59,679 bases of DNA from Klebsormidium nitens. Lineage: Eukaryota > Plantae > Klebsormidiophyceae. The notes under the pieces are model-generated. The model was not told the origin of the DNA. It saw nothing but the letters and a program-made list of their open reading frames with translations, and did no database searches. The position numbers and the translations under genes are program-made. The stretch covers positions 1-59,679 of the forward strand of contig DF237489.1 of the NCBI GenBank assembly GCA_000708835.1, in the 5' to 3' direction. Below are positions 23,570 through 36,000 of the stretch, in pieces. Position 1 is the stretch's first letter, and every line of letters starts with the position of its first letter.

Positions 23570-23887
23570 AATCTGCATGAACGTTTTGAGTCTGTCTAAC
23601 CGCGTTTGACGGGTGGGACTTCGTTAGGCCCAGCAACTGAGCCGACCTGTTCACACATGACCTGGTTAAAGCTGGTAACCTGCGCCTGACCGGGAGAGCT
23701 GTGCTTCTCAATATTGTGTGCCACATTCCACTTGAGTCTTGAGAGAAGTGAAGGCGATCCTATTCACGTAGATTGAAGAAAGGCTAGCGCTTGGGACCTG
23801 CACATGTCAATGGCTATGGTTGCTGCGGCTGCTGCTGCCCCTGCTCTGGCGGCTTGATCCTCACGCGGCATTGGGCAGGGTGCCACG

Positions 23888-26800
23888 ATGTACGGCCCCA
23901 GCCGCACGGTGTCGGGCGTTGCAGATGTGGACGCCCTGTCCAGCAGCCTCAAGGGCCTCCCAGTGGAAGCGGCATTCACGCAGGTGGGTGGCTGCACAAG
24001 TAGCCCATCAGGAGTGGCGACCGGGGCTGGTGGTGCTGGCGCGCTCTTGCTGCACCGCTGCCTTGCTGCCTCTTGCACCACCCGCTGGATATTGCGCACA
24101 TACGTGTTATTGAGCTTCTACTTTAGGTGTGTTTAAAGTACTTTCGGTGCACCCATTAGTGGCGCCAGATCTCCCTTGAAGGTTTTCCTCTTTTCAGCTG
24201 TAGCCACTTCAACTGGTGTTCCGGCCGATTGCTCCGCACGGTGGTGCTCTCTTATTTCACGTAAGGCAGCCCCAATTTGTTTAGCGCTGGTCCTTGATGG
24301 TGGTGTGAGTGCCCTGGCCTTTGTTTGCCAGGTGACCAACTACCTGCGGCTGCACCGGGAGCAGGCCAAAGACTTTTTCCGCATCTGCTTCCCTGTGCTC
24401 CTCCAAAGGTGAACCCCCCTGCACTATCTTTTCTCCTAAGCTGGACACGTTCAAGGCCACTCGTCAAGCCACCGGGGAACCCATTCTTAAGCCACATTTG
24501 TGCCACCGCTCCCATCGTGGTAAGGCAGCCACACTGCAACCTATCCCCTAGCTGGGTGTAGGGTCCCAGTAGAAGCAAAGATGCGTGCCGCCCAGTGCCT
24601 CATGTCCAATGTTTGGGGTGCACGCTGTTCCCTCGCCGCTCCTTCATGTGCTCTGTGCATCTCTGAACAAGGATGGTTGCGTTTCAGGATCTTTGGCTTT
24701 GAGGACCACCCCACCGGCGGGCCAGTCGCTGCGCCTGCACCATCAGCAGGTATGCATTTACACCACTATATGAGCCCCTCTCTGACACTGACTGCGTTTG
24801 AAATTCTGCGCGCTTGACTCAGGTATCATGGAACCAGAGCAAAGGGGCCATAGCGGCATTGCAAGGCTTCCCAGCTTCTTGCTCCTCTCAACCAGTGTGG
24901 CTCTGTCAATCGAAGGGCAGATTCCCATCGCCCACCCCACTTTCGCATATCCCTTTAAGAGGCACCCCGCCCATTGATGATCCTCCAGTTGCCCCTTGCA
25001 AACCTCTCCCCCTCTCAGCCTAGTTCCCCCCCGACAGGCGGATGGCTGCAGCAGGCCTCCATCGCCGGCAAGGAGGGGGAGGCGCGCGCCCTGCTGACCT
25101 GCCTGGACCCTGGCGCCGCGCTGTTCCAGTCGCTGCTGGCGGTGGACCGCGCCACATCGGTGCGCTTTGTGTTCCCCCCCGCGCGCCTGCCCGACTGGGT
25201 GCGCCGCCTGCTGGCCTCCTCCCAGGGGGCGCAGCTGCTGGCGGAGCAGGCGCCGCTTTTCCAGGGGGCCATCATGCAGGACGCAGCAGGCCGCTTCCAG
25301 GTGAGCGCCCCGGCGTGCCCCGCCGGCGGCACCTCACCACATCTTCGACTTCCTCCCACTGCGCAAGCTATGGACCTTGGGCTACTTGGAAGAACGGGGC
25401 AAACCGTGCTTTATGCGCCTTGAGCAATCCAACACGGCAGGTGTCTGTCAATGTTTATCGAGACTAGCGCTTTCTGCCGGCTTTCCCTGTCCAACCTCGT
25501 TCAGACGTCCCCTGCGTGTCCCCCCTGGCTGGCTTGCATCTCTCTCACCTCCATCGGTGGCCCCGCCCCAGGTGCACCTGGGCCTGTGCCAGTACTTTTT
25601 CTTCTGGTACGCCTACTACGTCGTCTGCAAGGACACCGCCACCTCCCGCAACACGCGCCAAGCGCAGGCGCAGGCCGCACAGGTGAGGGCGCCCAGCGAC
25701 GACCCACACCGCCCCTGGCTGGCACCAAGGACGATTTTTGGCGCTTCTCGTATCCTCCATCCGGTGGTTCAAGTTTTTCACTCCACCGTCCTGCTCGTTC
25801 ATTGTTCGTCAAGCATGTGGTATACTTGATAGCCGGAGTCCTGTTCCTTTCTCGTCAAACACTACATCAGTCAAAATTCGAAGGGCTTCTACTATATTTG
25901 GTGCGATTTATTGAACGAAAGGAGTGCCTTTCCAGCCAATGGTAGACACCTGGATTGCGAGCTTTGACATTTCCTTAATCGCAGCGCCACGATCCGGTTG
26001 AAATTACGAACTCTACTTCCGCAGAAGTTAGGCAGGACAGGTTCTAAACCTGGTGCGAATTACTCAATGAACCAGCACAAATGAGAGTTTTGATCAATCA
26101 ATGTTCCGCCGCCAGGGATGCGATTCTTGGTCGTCCCCGGAATAGACCCTGTGGATAGAGCGGCACATCTCATCGGCCCCACCTGTGTCTTGTATTCCTG
26201 CTAGGGCCACTTCCCCGCTCGCCGCCTCGACCCGTGGCCGTCTCTGAAGCTGCCCGGCCTGCCGTCCCCCTCCGCTGCCCCCGCGGCCCCCTACCGCGAC
26301 CTGCTGCGCCGCTACCTGCGCCACTTTTTGCCCTACTCCGCGCCCGCCATGCTCGCGCCACCGCCTCCCGCCAGCCCCCTCCGCCAGCTCAGCCGTCTAC
26401 CCTCGGGGACCCCCGAAGCGCGCACGCCCCAGGTGACCTCAGAGGCCCGCTTGCGACAGTGTGCTTGGTGTTAGCCTCGGAGGTTTTGGCACCTTTTGTT
26501 GTCGGATGCTGAATGGACCGTGTTTTTGGGCCCTCCCACGAGGACGTACTCGCAGTTGGTGGCCTTAAGTCGGATTGCAAGACTTGCTCTGGCCTCGCCC
26601 GCCCCAGCTTGCTGCATGTACGCTTCGGCTGGTCGGGCTGCGGTCCGACGGCGCTCAGGGCAACTGCCGACACTTGGCCTCCGGGCTTGGGGGGCTGCTT
26701 CTCCTGGCTATTGGGGTCGCCCGCCCTTGCTGGTTTCTGCTTCGTTTGAAAGCAAGCGGCAACCGTCCCTTTCGGGCTCTTCTTTTTCCCGCTCTCTCTC

Positions 26801-29780
26801 ACACCGCAAGAGCCTCATCCGCCCTGGTGAACAAGCTACCGCTGCCCTCGACCCACGTCCCCGCCTCATCCCGTGGCTGCTCTGTGCTACAGGCTGCCAG
26901 CGAGCGCGCTGCGCCCCTCTCCCCTGGCGACATCCTGCTGCACACACTGCTCACCTTCTGGCTGCGCGACGGCGACCCCGCCCCCTTCTCCGCGGCGGAC
27001 CAGCGTTTCCTCCCCGCCCCCTACGGCGGCCCGGCCCCCTTCTCGTACCCCCCCGCGGGGAGCGACCTGCTGGACTGCCTGCTCATCCTGGTGTCGTACA
27101 TCGACGCCAACCCGCAGCTCGCCGCGCTGCAAGCACATCCCCCGCCCGGCCCCCGCGGCGCGGCCCGCCCCACCTTCGAGCGGGCCTTCAGCGGCTCCTT
27201 CCGCAGTCCGCTTCCTGGGGGCCCGCAGCCCGGCTTCGTGGCCCCCCCCCTGCCCCCTGCGTCGGCGGCGCTGCAGCGGCCGCTGTATCGGCTGATCTTG
27301 CGGGCGCTGCTGACGTGGCCCGTCCAGAACGGCGGGCTGGCCAAGATCGAGAAGCTGGTCGACGTGTGGGCGCGCCACCTGCAGCCCTGGGCGGCGGCCG
27401 CACAGCAGCAGCAGCCCCCCCGCCACGCCGGCTTCCACCTGCAGCGCGCGCAGTCGGGCGAGGGGGGGCAGGCAGGGCAGGCCCCCGCGCCCGGGTACGG
27501 CGTCAAATGGCAGGGGTACGTGCTGGCCAGCTACGCCTTCTACAACCCGCTGGTGGTGCACCTCCTCGAGTGGGCCTGCCGCGCGGGCCAGGCCGACGCT
27601 GCCGCCACCGCACGCATCGTGAGCAAGGTGGGGGTCTCCCGTCATGAGAGTCGACGTAGCCATACAAACAATATACAGGGCGGTTGACTGAGTTGCATCG
27701 AAGGCACATCCCACGCATGCAAGTCGCTTGTCTCCTTTTCGGGTCGGGGCACATTGCTGGGTTATAACAAGGTGCAATCTGGAAACATGGTATTGAGACG
27801 GCTTTAAAGAGCGTGCCGCGCAACGTGCTGACTCTCGCCGGTCCTTCCCCGGCGTGCTGCCAGGTGGTTGGCGCGCTGCAGTCGCCCCCTCTGGTGGAGC
27901 TGCTGCGCAAGGTGGAGGCGGCCTACGCTGGCCACGTGGCAGCACGGCATGCTCCGGGGCAGCAGGCGGACCTTTGCAGCAGCCTCGAGGAACAAATGCG
28001 GGTGAGCGCGGCTGCCTCTGAGGACTACCTTATGTTCCTTGGAAGTGGGATTTTTCGAAGACAGGCGAATATCTATACTTAAAGTCCTTCCTGAATTTGG
28101 TTGTGCCTCTGTCGACTGTCGACTCTGGCTTAGCATACATGGAAGCTGTTACGACGCAAGTCGGTTCCAAATTTTGGTGGCCGTTCCAAATCGACCTTCT
28201 CAGATTTATCCAAATCCTCTCTGACTTGCCTCCCTGCCGTTCTGTCCCTCCGGATCTTGTCTCCAAGAAAGGAAGCAAAGCGGTTGTTGATTAGTTTTTG
28301 TGTCCGTCTCTTTGTACCCCCCTCCTGCTGCTCATTGTTCTTGCTTCCTTCCGGCAGGACTGGGAGAGCGGGCTGGTGCAGCCGGCCCCGCTCCTGGGGG
28401 GCATCACGCCTGCTAGCGCGGCCCCCCGGCTGCGCCTCTTTGCTGCAAAGGACGACGGCGGGCCGCGCCTCCTGCAAGGCCTCGTGCACCGAGTGCAGGT
28501 GAGCTAGACCACGTGGCAGCGTTGAAGAGTATCAGTAGATGACGGGAGGGTCTCTCCCAAGTTCTCAGCTGTGGATGTGTCAGTTGGGTCCATCGACGTT
28601 TGTGCTCGGCAAGCAGTGTACCGCTCATGAGCGTTCTGCTCATGCGGCGTCCATTGCCTTTCGCAGTCGGAGGCTCCGAGGGGCGGTGCGCCGGCCGGCA
28701 GCGTGAAGGAGCTTGCTGCGCTGGCCAGTGCGCTGCTCTCCGCAGCGGGGCAGGAGGCGCGGGGGGCATCGCCAGGAGGAGCAGGGGCGCAGCCGCAACA
28801 ACGCAGGTACGGACCGTCCGCGCGCATGGTTGACTCCAGGCACGTCTGGCAGGCACCGCTGCAGAACATGGGGAAAATGTCGAGTGTGCTTCACTAATGG
28901 CTGCAAATTGCTGAAGTATGTCGCAATAGAGCCTGGCTCCGCAGAGCACCTCGCTTATGCCTCCATCGGTCTCATTCGAAGGTGTACTCAGCAACGACCA
29001 AGTCGTCGATGCTGCTTCTGCTCGGAGCGTCGCTGTCGATGCATTCTTACCCGGCGCGCGTGCAGGGACGCTCCTGCCGGCAGCGCTCCCGCGGCCGGCT
29101 CCGAGCAGTCTGGCGGGCCCAGTGGTCGCCGGCGGCCGCCTGTGGGGCTGCAGCGGCACAGCTGGGCGGATGCGCACTACAAGGGCGACTGGATGCGGCG
29201 GCCGCTCGAGTCGGGGGAGATCGGGTGGCTGGTGCGCGGACTGGTGCGCGCGTCTGACGCTCTCAACGAGGCACTGCAGCTGGGGCCGCAGGCGGAGGCG
29301 AGGCTGGGGCAGGCGACACGAGGGGAGGCACGAGAAGGGAGCACAGAGACGCGAAAAGCGCCGGAAGGAGACGGTGATCGGGGCCGAGGGCCGGGCAGGG
29401 CCGGGGAGAGCGAGCGGGGAGATGGGGGCGGGGGGCAAAGTGGCGAGGGAGGGGAAGGACGGACCGCGAGGGAAGGGGGGGCTGACGCTGGACAAGCAGC
29501 CCAACGAACGGGCGGTGCTGAACAGACTGGAGATGAACGGCGGGGCTACAGCGACGCGGTGCCGCTGCCCGTGATTGCATACCAAACGTGGCAAGAGGTG
29601 CGGGGGTGGGCGGCGAAGGTCGGGCGGAGCGCCGCGGGGCGGGCGCACCGGGCGGCGCTGAAGCGGCAGTGGCGGGTGAACCTGCGGCCGCTGGGGGAGG
29701 TGCAGAGCCTGGTGGTGCTCACGCTCCTGCTGGGCCTGGCCTGGCTCCTGCGACAGCTCGTGCGAGCCGTCTCAGGGTGA
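23888..29780 (+). CDS. SMPD4: Sphingomyelin phosphodiesterase 4 / neutral sphingomyelinase 3-like protein (multi-exon)
   Basis: Plant-type SMPD4 blocks: FPVLLQRIFGFED, LDPGAALFQSLLAVDRATSVRFVFPPARLPDW, YFFFWYAYY, KWQGYVLASYAFY, YKGDWMRRPLESGEIGWLVRGLV, and WRVNLRPLG followed by a C-terminal TM helix. Start ATG 23888 is inferred. Confidence 0.85.
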
Positions 29781-30730
29781 CGAACGGGCGGGGGAGTGCG
29801 CGGCCGCCACGCAAGGGGATAATGGAGCAGCGCCGAGGCGCACCTCCTCAATGCTTTCAATGTAGCAGGGGTGAATTACGCAGTCTGGATACTCTCCGGC
29901 GTAGGAGTTGTGTCTAGGCTCGTGCCTTTGACACCCCGTCTGCATACGATTCTGTTGAAGCTTTGACGACTAGAAGTGGGTTCGTAGAAGCGGGGTGGAC
30001 GGGGTTTGGGGCCAATAATCAACATTCAAGCCCGCTGCTTTGGGAGCAGCTCGCTTGTCAAGTTCAAACCGTAACCAGCATCTGGTAACGTATGGTCGTT
30101 CGGGCGGCACGGTACATGCATGGCTGGTGTAGCCTTCATAAAGACGCCTTCAGCCTACTTGTTTTGTGAACAATGGACGCAAGCGGCGGCATGTGCCCTC
30201 TGACTCTTCTAAAATTGAGCAACGTGCATCAGCAGGCTGAGTCCGAGAGCGTCACAATCACTAGGTGATAGTCTGGCGCTTTTTATGCGACTATCGGTGG
30301 CAATCTTCATAACATGTAGGCGTGCCTCAGATGCATACATGGCGGGCGCCATTGTGATGATGAAACAGATCCGATGCGAAGTCTACTCTGATTAGCATGC
30401 GCTTAGTAAGTCAACCATGAATTGTAATGCACCTCAGAGCATGCCTCCAACTAAACGATCGTAACCATGTGACCGCGCCTTAACCAATCAACATGCAGCG
30501 CTCCTAAAGCAGGCGCTCAGTGGTGAAACGTTCAGCAAAGGGTTCTGATTGATGCTGACCATGGCAAAGTGCCTGTTAAGGGTGCGTGCAAGAGGCTTCT
30601 CGACCTATTTATACATGAAATTACTGAGTCAACTGGTTGCAAGCTAGCTCAAGCTTGCAGCACTCACAAGTATGGTATGTACAAATACGCGTGCCCAAGA
30701 ACTCAGGGCCAACATTGCGAATCCGCTTGT

Positions 30731-32424
30731 CTACTTGACCAGCGAGGCCAGGATCCTCCTCGGCGGCTTGAACGACCGCCTGCCGTGCATGGTCACTTTG
30801 TTGTCGATCAGCAGCACGTCCCCCTGTTGCCACGGGAAGTCCACCGCGACATCGTTCATGATCTTCAAGCATGCGTTTACGGCGGCCCCGTCCAACGGCC
30901 GGCCGTCTCCCAGCACAACGGCCTTGCCCTCCTCATTGCGCACGTCCTTCCAGCCGGTGAAGGCCGCCACCACGCTGTTGAACCAGACCTTGCGGCCCGT
31001 GCGTGGGTCGACCTGGACGGCGGGGAGCACCCCGGTGACCGTCTTGAGGTCGCCGTTGGGTAGCCACTCCCCAGTCATGCCCATGCTGGCCAGCCTGCAC
31101 AGCAGCCAGAAATGGAACTTAGTGGAAACGTGATATGAAATGGGCCGTCGTCGCGGGCCTTCTTGTCTTCTCTCCCTCTGGGACTTTCACGACCCAGCCT
31201 CTGCCTACCATCAGAGAAAGGCAGTTACAGGACGAAACAGTCCGTTCAATCTTTGCTTGAGTATCAAGAATTGGCTTTAAAGCATCACTCTGCAAGTTCA
31301 ACGAATCTTTACCACTCAAGAGACGTTTCTCAACAGGAAGTAGAAGCAGCTAAAATCCCAGTTCAGCTTACTGCGCCACTCAATCTAAAGTGGACTCCTC
31401 TTCGGCAACAGTCATAGATAATTCCTGCTCCTGTCCGCCAGAAAGTTTGTAGGGGGTCCTCACGCTGCCTCTGTGTCTTGCCGCGTGGTGGTGCCAAACG
31501 TGGACCGCCAGCCGCGCCCCTGCGCCGACTCCTTATCATCGTACTCTGGCAGCACGCGGGTGTACTGCACCCCATGCTTCTCCAGGTCCGCCACAAACTG
31601 GGGATACGCCTCCGCCATGCGCACATACACCTCGTGGCTCAAACAGATGGGCGTTTGGCCCCCTTCCGCTGGGGGCACGTCGCAGTAGAAGAAGAGATGG
31701 GACGGGTAGGACGGCACCTGCAGAGAGGGGACAGGGTGCTCAGGGGAAAAACAGATTGTGGCGATGGTTTCATATCCCTCAGCGACTTCAGGGGCATGAG
31801 AGGTATGTTTCTCGAGGTGGTGAAGACACCAAACCGCAAATTCAACAGCAATAGAGTGTTGAGACACCGCGCCATGCCCTTGTGTTCCCAGGGGCTCTAG
31901 AAGACTCTGCACGTGAGAAGCACAAGGGTGCAAGGTCTGGTCCTGAGCATAGGCGTGCCATCAGGTGAGACAGAGCCAGCTCCTGAGATAGTCAGTCGTA
32001 AAGTGGACTGGAGCATATTGGCGATGATTGCAGGGCCCTCTACCTGGGCCATCTCATGGTGGAAGGGGATCACACTGGCAGCGGGCGCCTCATTGGCCGT
32101 GAACACCCTGCCCACAATCAGCGTCCTCGGTGCAGCCCCCCCAATGTAGGGCAGCTCATCATGGCCCAGTGCCTCGACCACCGAGTTGAACACTGCAGGG
32201 TCAGGGACATGAAAGCCTCTCAGGAGAACTGCACCATGCTTGAGGGCCAACCGCTCCAGCTCCTGCTTGTTCTCCGCCACCCAACCCGAAAGGTCAGCTT
32301 TGGAGTACTTAGTTGTGTGACCGTTGGCAACCGGGGGAGCGGGTCTGAGAACAAGGGGGAAGGGAAGGCCCTCAAATTCCCGCTGCTCCGGGACGGCCAC
32401 CGGTGCAACACTGGCCGCCGTCAT
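30731..32424 (-). CDS. TauD/clavaminate synthase-like Fe(II)/2-oxoglutarate dioxygenase (At3g21360-like), 3 exons
   Basis: LALKHGAVLLRGF, YIGGAAPRT, IPFHHEMAQ (HxE), LFFYCDVPPAEGGQTP, GRGWRSTF, WQQGDVLLIDNKVTMHGRRSFKPPRRILASLVK*. Exons about 32424-32044, 31718-31464, 31094-30731. Confidence 0.92.
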
Positions 32425-33053
32425 GAGGAGACTCTGAGGAGGCAAGAGCAGCAATCAATACGGGGTGCGCGCAATCAAAGCAATGACGATATCCCGTCTT
32501 CTGTTGATTGTACAAAAAGCGCCCCAGTTACAGTAAGCAACTGGAAAGGCCGTCAGGCTACTTTGAAAGAGATGAGCACGCGGCTTGACTGCGCAGCCTG
32601 TCCACCTTTTGTGCCACCATCTCTCTAGGTGGGAAGCTGACAGGGAGCGGTGGTACAGCGAACCTGGTTCTCTGGGTGCTTCTGGCCCTGGGCGCATGGG
32701 CTGTCCGGGCCACAATTGCTGAAGCTGCATTTTAATAGCATCACATTCGGGATTAAAAGCTGCCAGTTTAATTCTCATATCCAGTGCTAACTGAGCGTGT
32801 TAAAAGTCTGTGATAATGGACCCGTACACTGCACAGAAAAGTCGGGCACCCCCGAAAGCAACGGGTTAGCAGTTTCTGGTTTGGACGGGACTTGGCATAC
32901 GTACGGCCTTCCGAATCGACAATAAGGGGTTGCACTCCTTCCTACACATTGGTTGGATGGAGGATTGCTTTGATTGCGATGATTGCTGAGCCTTTCAAAT
33001 TCTGGTGGCAAGGAGCAGCAAGGAGGGCGGAGCTGAGCAGAGCAGACGCCAAG

Positions 33054-36000
33054 ATGGGGCGACGCACGGGTCTGCTGGCCGTCTGGTTGTTGGTGGTGGC
33101 GTGCTACCTGGCACCTCTTTCCGCTGCAAATGTGGATCCCAACATCGTCAATACGAGAGTCGACAGAAAGGTGGGGGCGCACATTGCAGGGCTCCTTTTC
33201 CTTGGATCAGTGTGCATTGTATCTTGTGCATTATTGTTGATGAGAAGAGAGCATAACTTTCTCTTCTGAGACAGTGCTCTGCCCCAAAATTGCCAATGCG
33301 TGCAGCTTGCCAATGCATGCAACTCCCTTCGGAGATCTCAACCTGGGCAAATGTAATCCAGCACAATTTCCAAAGGTGGTCATGCTTGTGTCCTTATTGG
33401 TTGTAAAGGTTTTTCTGCTGGCGCCACCTGTGAGAAGCAACACATGGATATCACTGACTCGGTGGCGCCATCATGAATTCTTCCACAATGCATCTGATCC
33501 CTGTTCATACTGGCTGATGTGGTCTGTTCAACGTTTATCTAGACCTGTTTCGGTGGCTGGATTTTGCTGTGTCATTTGGGCAGTGCTCTGCTCTGAGACT
33601 TATCTTATCCATCCATTTCATTTTCCTGCTATGGTGTGTGAGTGCGCCCTTTGATGTGGGGTTTCTCTTGGTCATCCATGTCAGTCTGTTTCTCTTGAAC
33701 TAAACACCGCCGGTGAATTCTGTTGCAGCGTTTGTCGAAACACTGCGACCTGCAACTGGACATTGTTGATCAGTATTGCTTCTCACTTTCACTCCTACAC
33801 TGACGAGAGCCTTGTGTCTCTGCTGTGTGCAGCTAGACCTGGCCACACAAACCGTGCGCATCTCCTCCACCATCAAGGTATGCACACCCGCCACGCTTGT
33901 TGGGCCAACCTCGTCCACAGCTCATTTTGTGGTGTTCTGATGCAACTTGGATGTGCCTGTTTACACAAGCAACATGCTATATCCGGACCAGCCCGCCTGA
34001 GTTCTTTACACATTCTGGCTGACTTTCTTTTGGCAGGCTCTACATCCTGACCAGGAATTGCTTTGCCCTGTTATGATGCTTTCTGCCTTATGCTGCAGTT
34101 TGAGAACCGCGGCTCGACACCGGTGCGCTCGTACCTCCTGGCGCTGGCCCCATCCGAGGCCGCGCACCTGGCCTTCATTGGTGCTACTCAGGGCAAGGGT
34201 CGTTCTCAGACCACTCTGGCCGTGGAGGCCGTAGCCGGCATCCCTGGGGTCCCTTCCTCGCTTAGCCTCTATGAAGTGGCCCTCACGCGCCCTGTGGGGG
34301 GTGGGGAGTCCGCGACGCTTGAGGTGGTAAGCGTGCACACGGGCGCGGAGGTTCCGTACCCCGCAGAGATCACACAGTCGGAGGAGCAGCTGGTGCTGTA
34401 CACAGGGAGCCTGCACCTGGTGTCGCCGTATGCGACTGCCAGCGAGAGCAGCAAGGTGGGGCTGCCAACCAGCTTGGTCAAGGCGTACACCAAGGCGGAG
34501 CCCGTCAAGAAGTCCGGGACCGAGATCACGTACGGGCCCTACAGCGATGTGGCGCCGCTGTCCGTTGAGGAGCTCAGGGTGGGGCACTCTGCTACATCTA
34601 CTTCAATCTGTTCGTTCCTGCTGCTAGCTCCGATGAGGCGGATCTATGCCTTCCTCTTCATGATAGAATTGGTTGTCAGTACGCATGGAGCTTGAGCTGA
34701 CTTTAAAATTTGCAGGGCATGATATGAAGCTGAGGCGGAAATGCATTCGCAAACGCCCATTGCTTGCAGTTTTCATCATTATGCCTCAATGCCTTTCCAA
34801 GGTGCAAGGTGGACGTCGTGCATTACTTTGGTCTTCTCAGTGCCAGTGCCCCAAGTAATTCTGCCGCTGATGGTACGTATGGGCGGTGTTTGCAGATCCA
34901 CTTTGAGAACAATTCGCCGTTTGCGGTGGCGGACCTGGAGCGAGAGATCGAAGTCAGCCACTGGGGCAACGTCTATGTCACGGAGAACTACAAGATGCGC
35001 AACGCAGGGGCCAAACACAAGGGCACTTTTTCAAGGTCAGTCGTTGGAGCCTTCTGGGCTTGCTTTTGGTAACCCGCCTGCTCAGAACGCTGTTATGAGT
35101 ATGTGCTGCATTTGGAGCCAACAGTATATGGACGACAGGAGATTCAGAATGTACTAGAAGACAGATTTGGAGAGGGCATTGTGACCGGTTGTGCAAAGTC
35201 CCTTACTTGTTATATTTGATGCGCGCAAACTATCGAGCTCCGCGCCGCAACCTGGACTGCCCCGATTCTTGTGTGGGACTGATATTGTCCATGAGCCTGG
35301 TCGAAGAACTTGACTGATGCAGGTACTATCTCTTGGGAGCCTTCTTTACCTGCTGTGATGGTTCTCAAGTGCTCCGCACTTTGCTAACACCTTCCTTGAA
35401 GAAATACCAGCCGCTCGACTTCCTTCCTCTCTGCTGGTCCATGTTACCCAGCTTGTCTTTGCTCACAGCAACCACTGTTTTGGAGCAGGTTCGAGTACCA
35501 GGCGCGCCCCGGCATGAGCGGCCAGAACGCGATCCGGGAGCTGCTGGCGCGGCTGCCCCCGCGCGCCAACAGCATCTACTACCGCGATGAGATTGGCAAC
35601 ATCTCGACCTCCCATGTCCGCTCGACCAGCAGAGTGGTGAGCTCTCCTGGCTTGTGTTTGGGGCCTTGCTTCTCCTCGTCGCGTTTGCAAACCGGAGCCA
35701 GCATCATGCTGGAGTGATTTCGGAAAGACTCCGTGCAATATAGCACGAGGTCGAAAGTGGCCCCGTAAAGAAGAATTATAGCTAGGTTGACCTGGTCACA
35801 GACCCCCCCAACAACTTTTTCCTTGATCCTGTTGTACTTAGCGGCTCTTATTGAGCCTTTGGGCCGAGCTTCTCCTCGTCGAACCTTCCTCTGAATGCAA
35901 ATCAGCAACATCCCTCGGCCGCCCTTTCCTTCGATCCCTAGGCGTTATCAGGCGCGTCACTGCCCTTAGCGTGGTGCATTTCTGTGCGCACAGACGGAGG

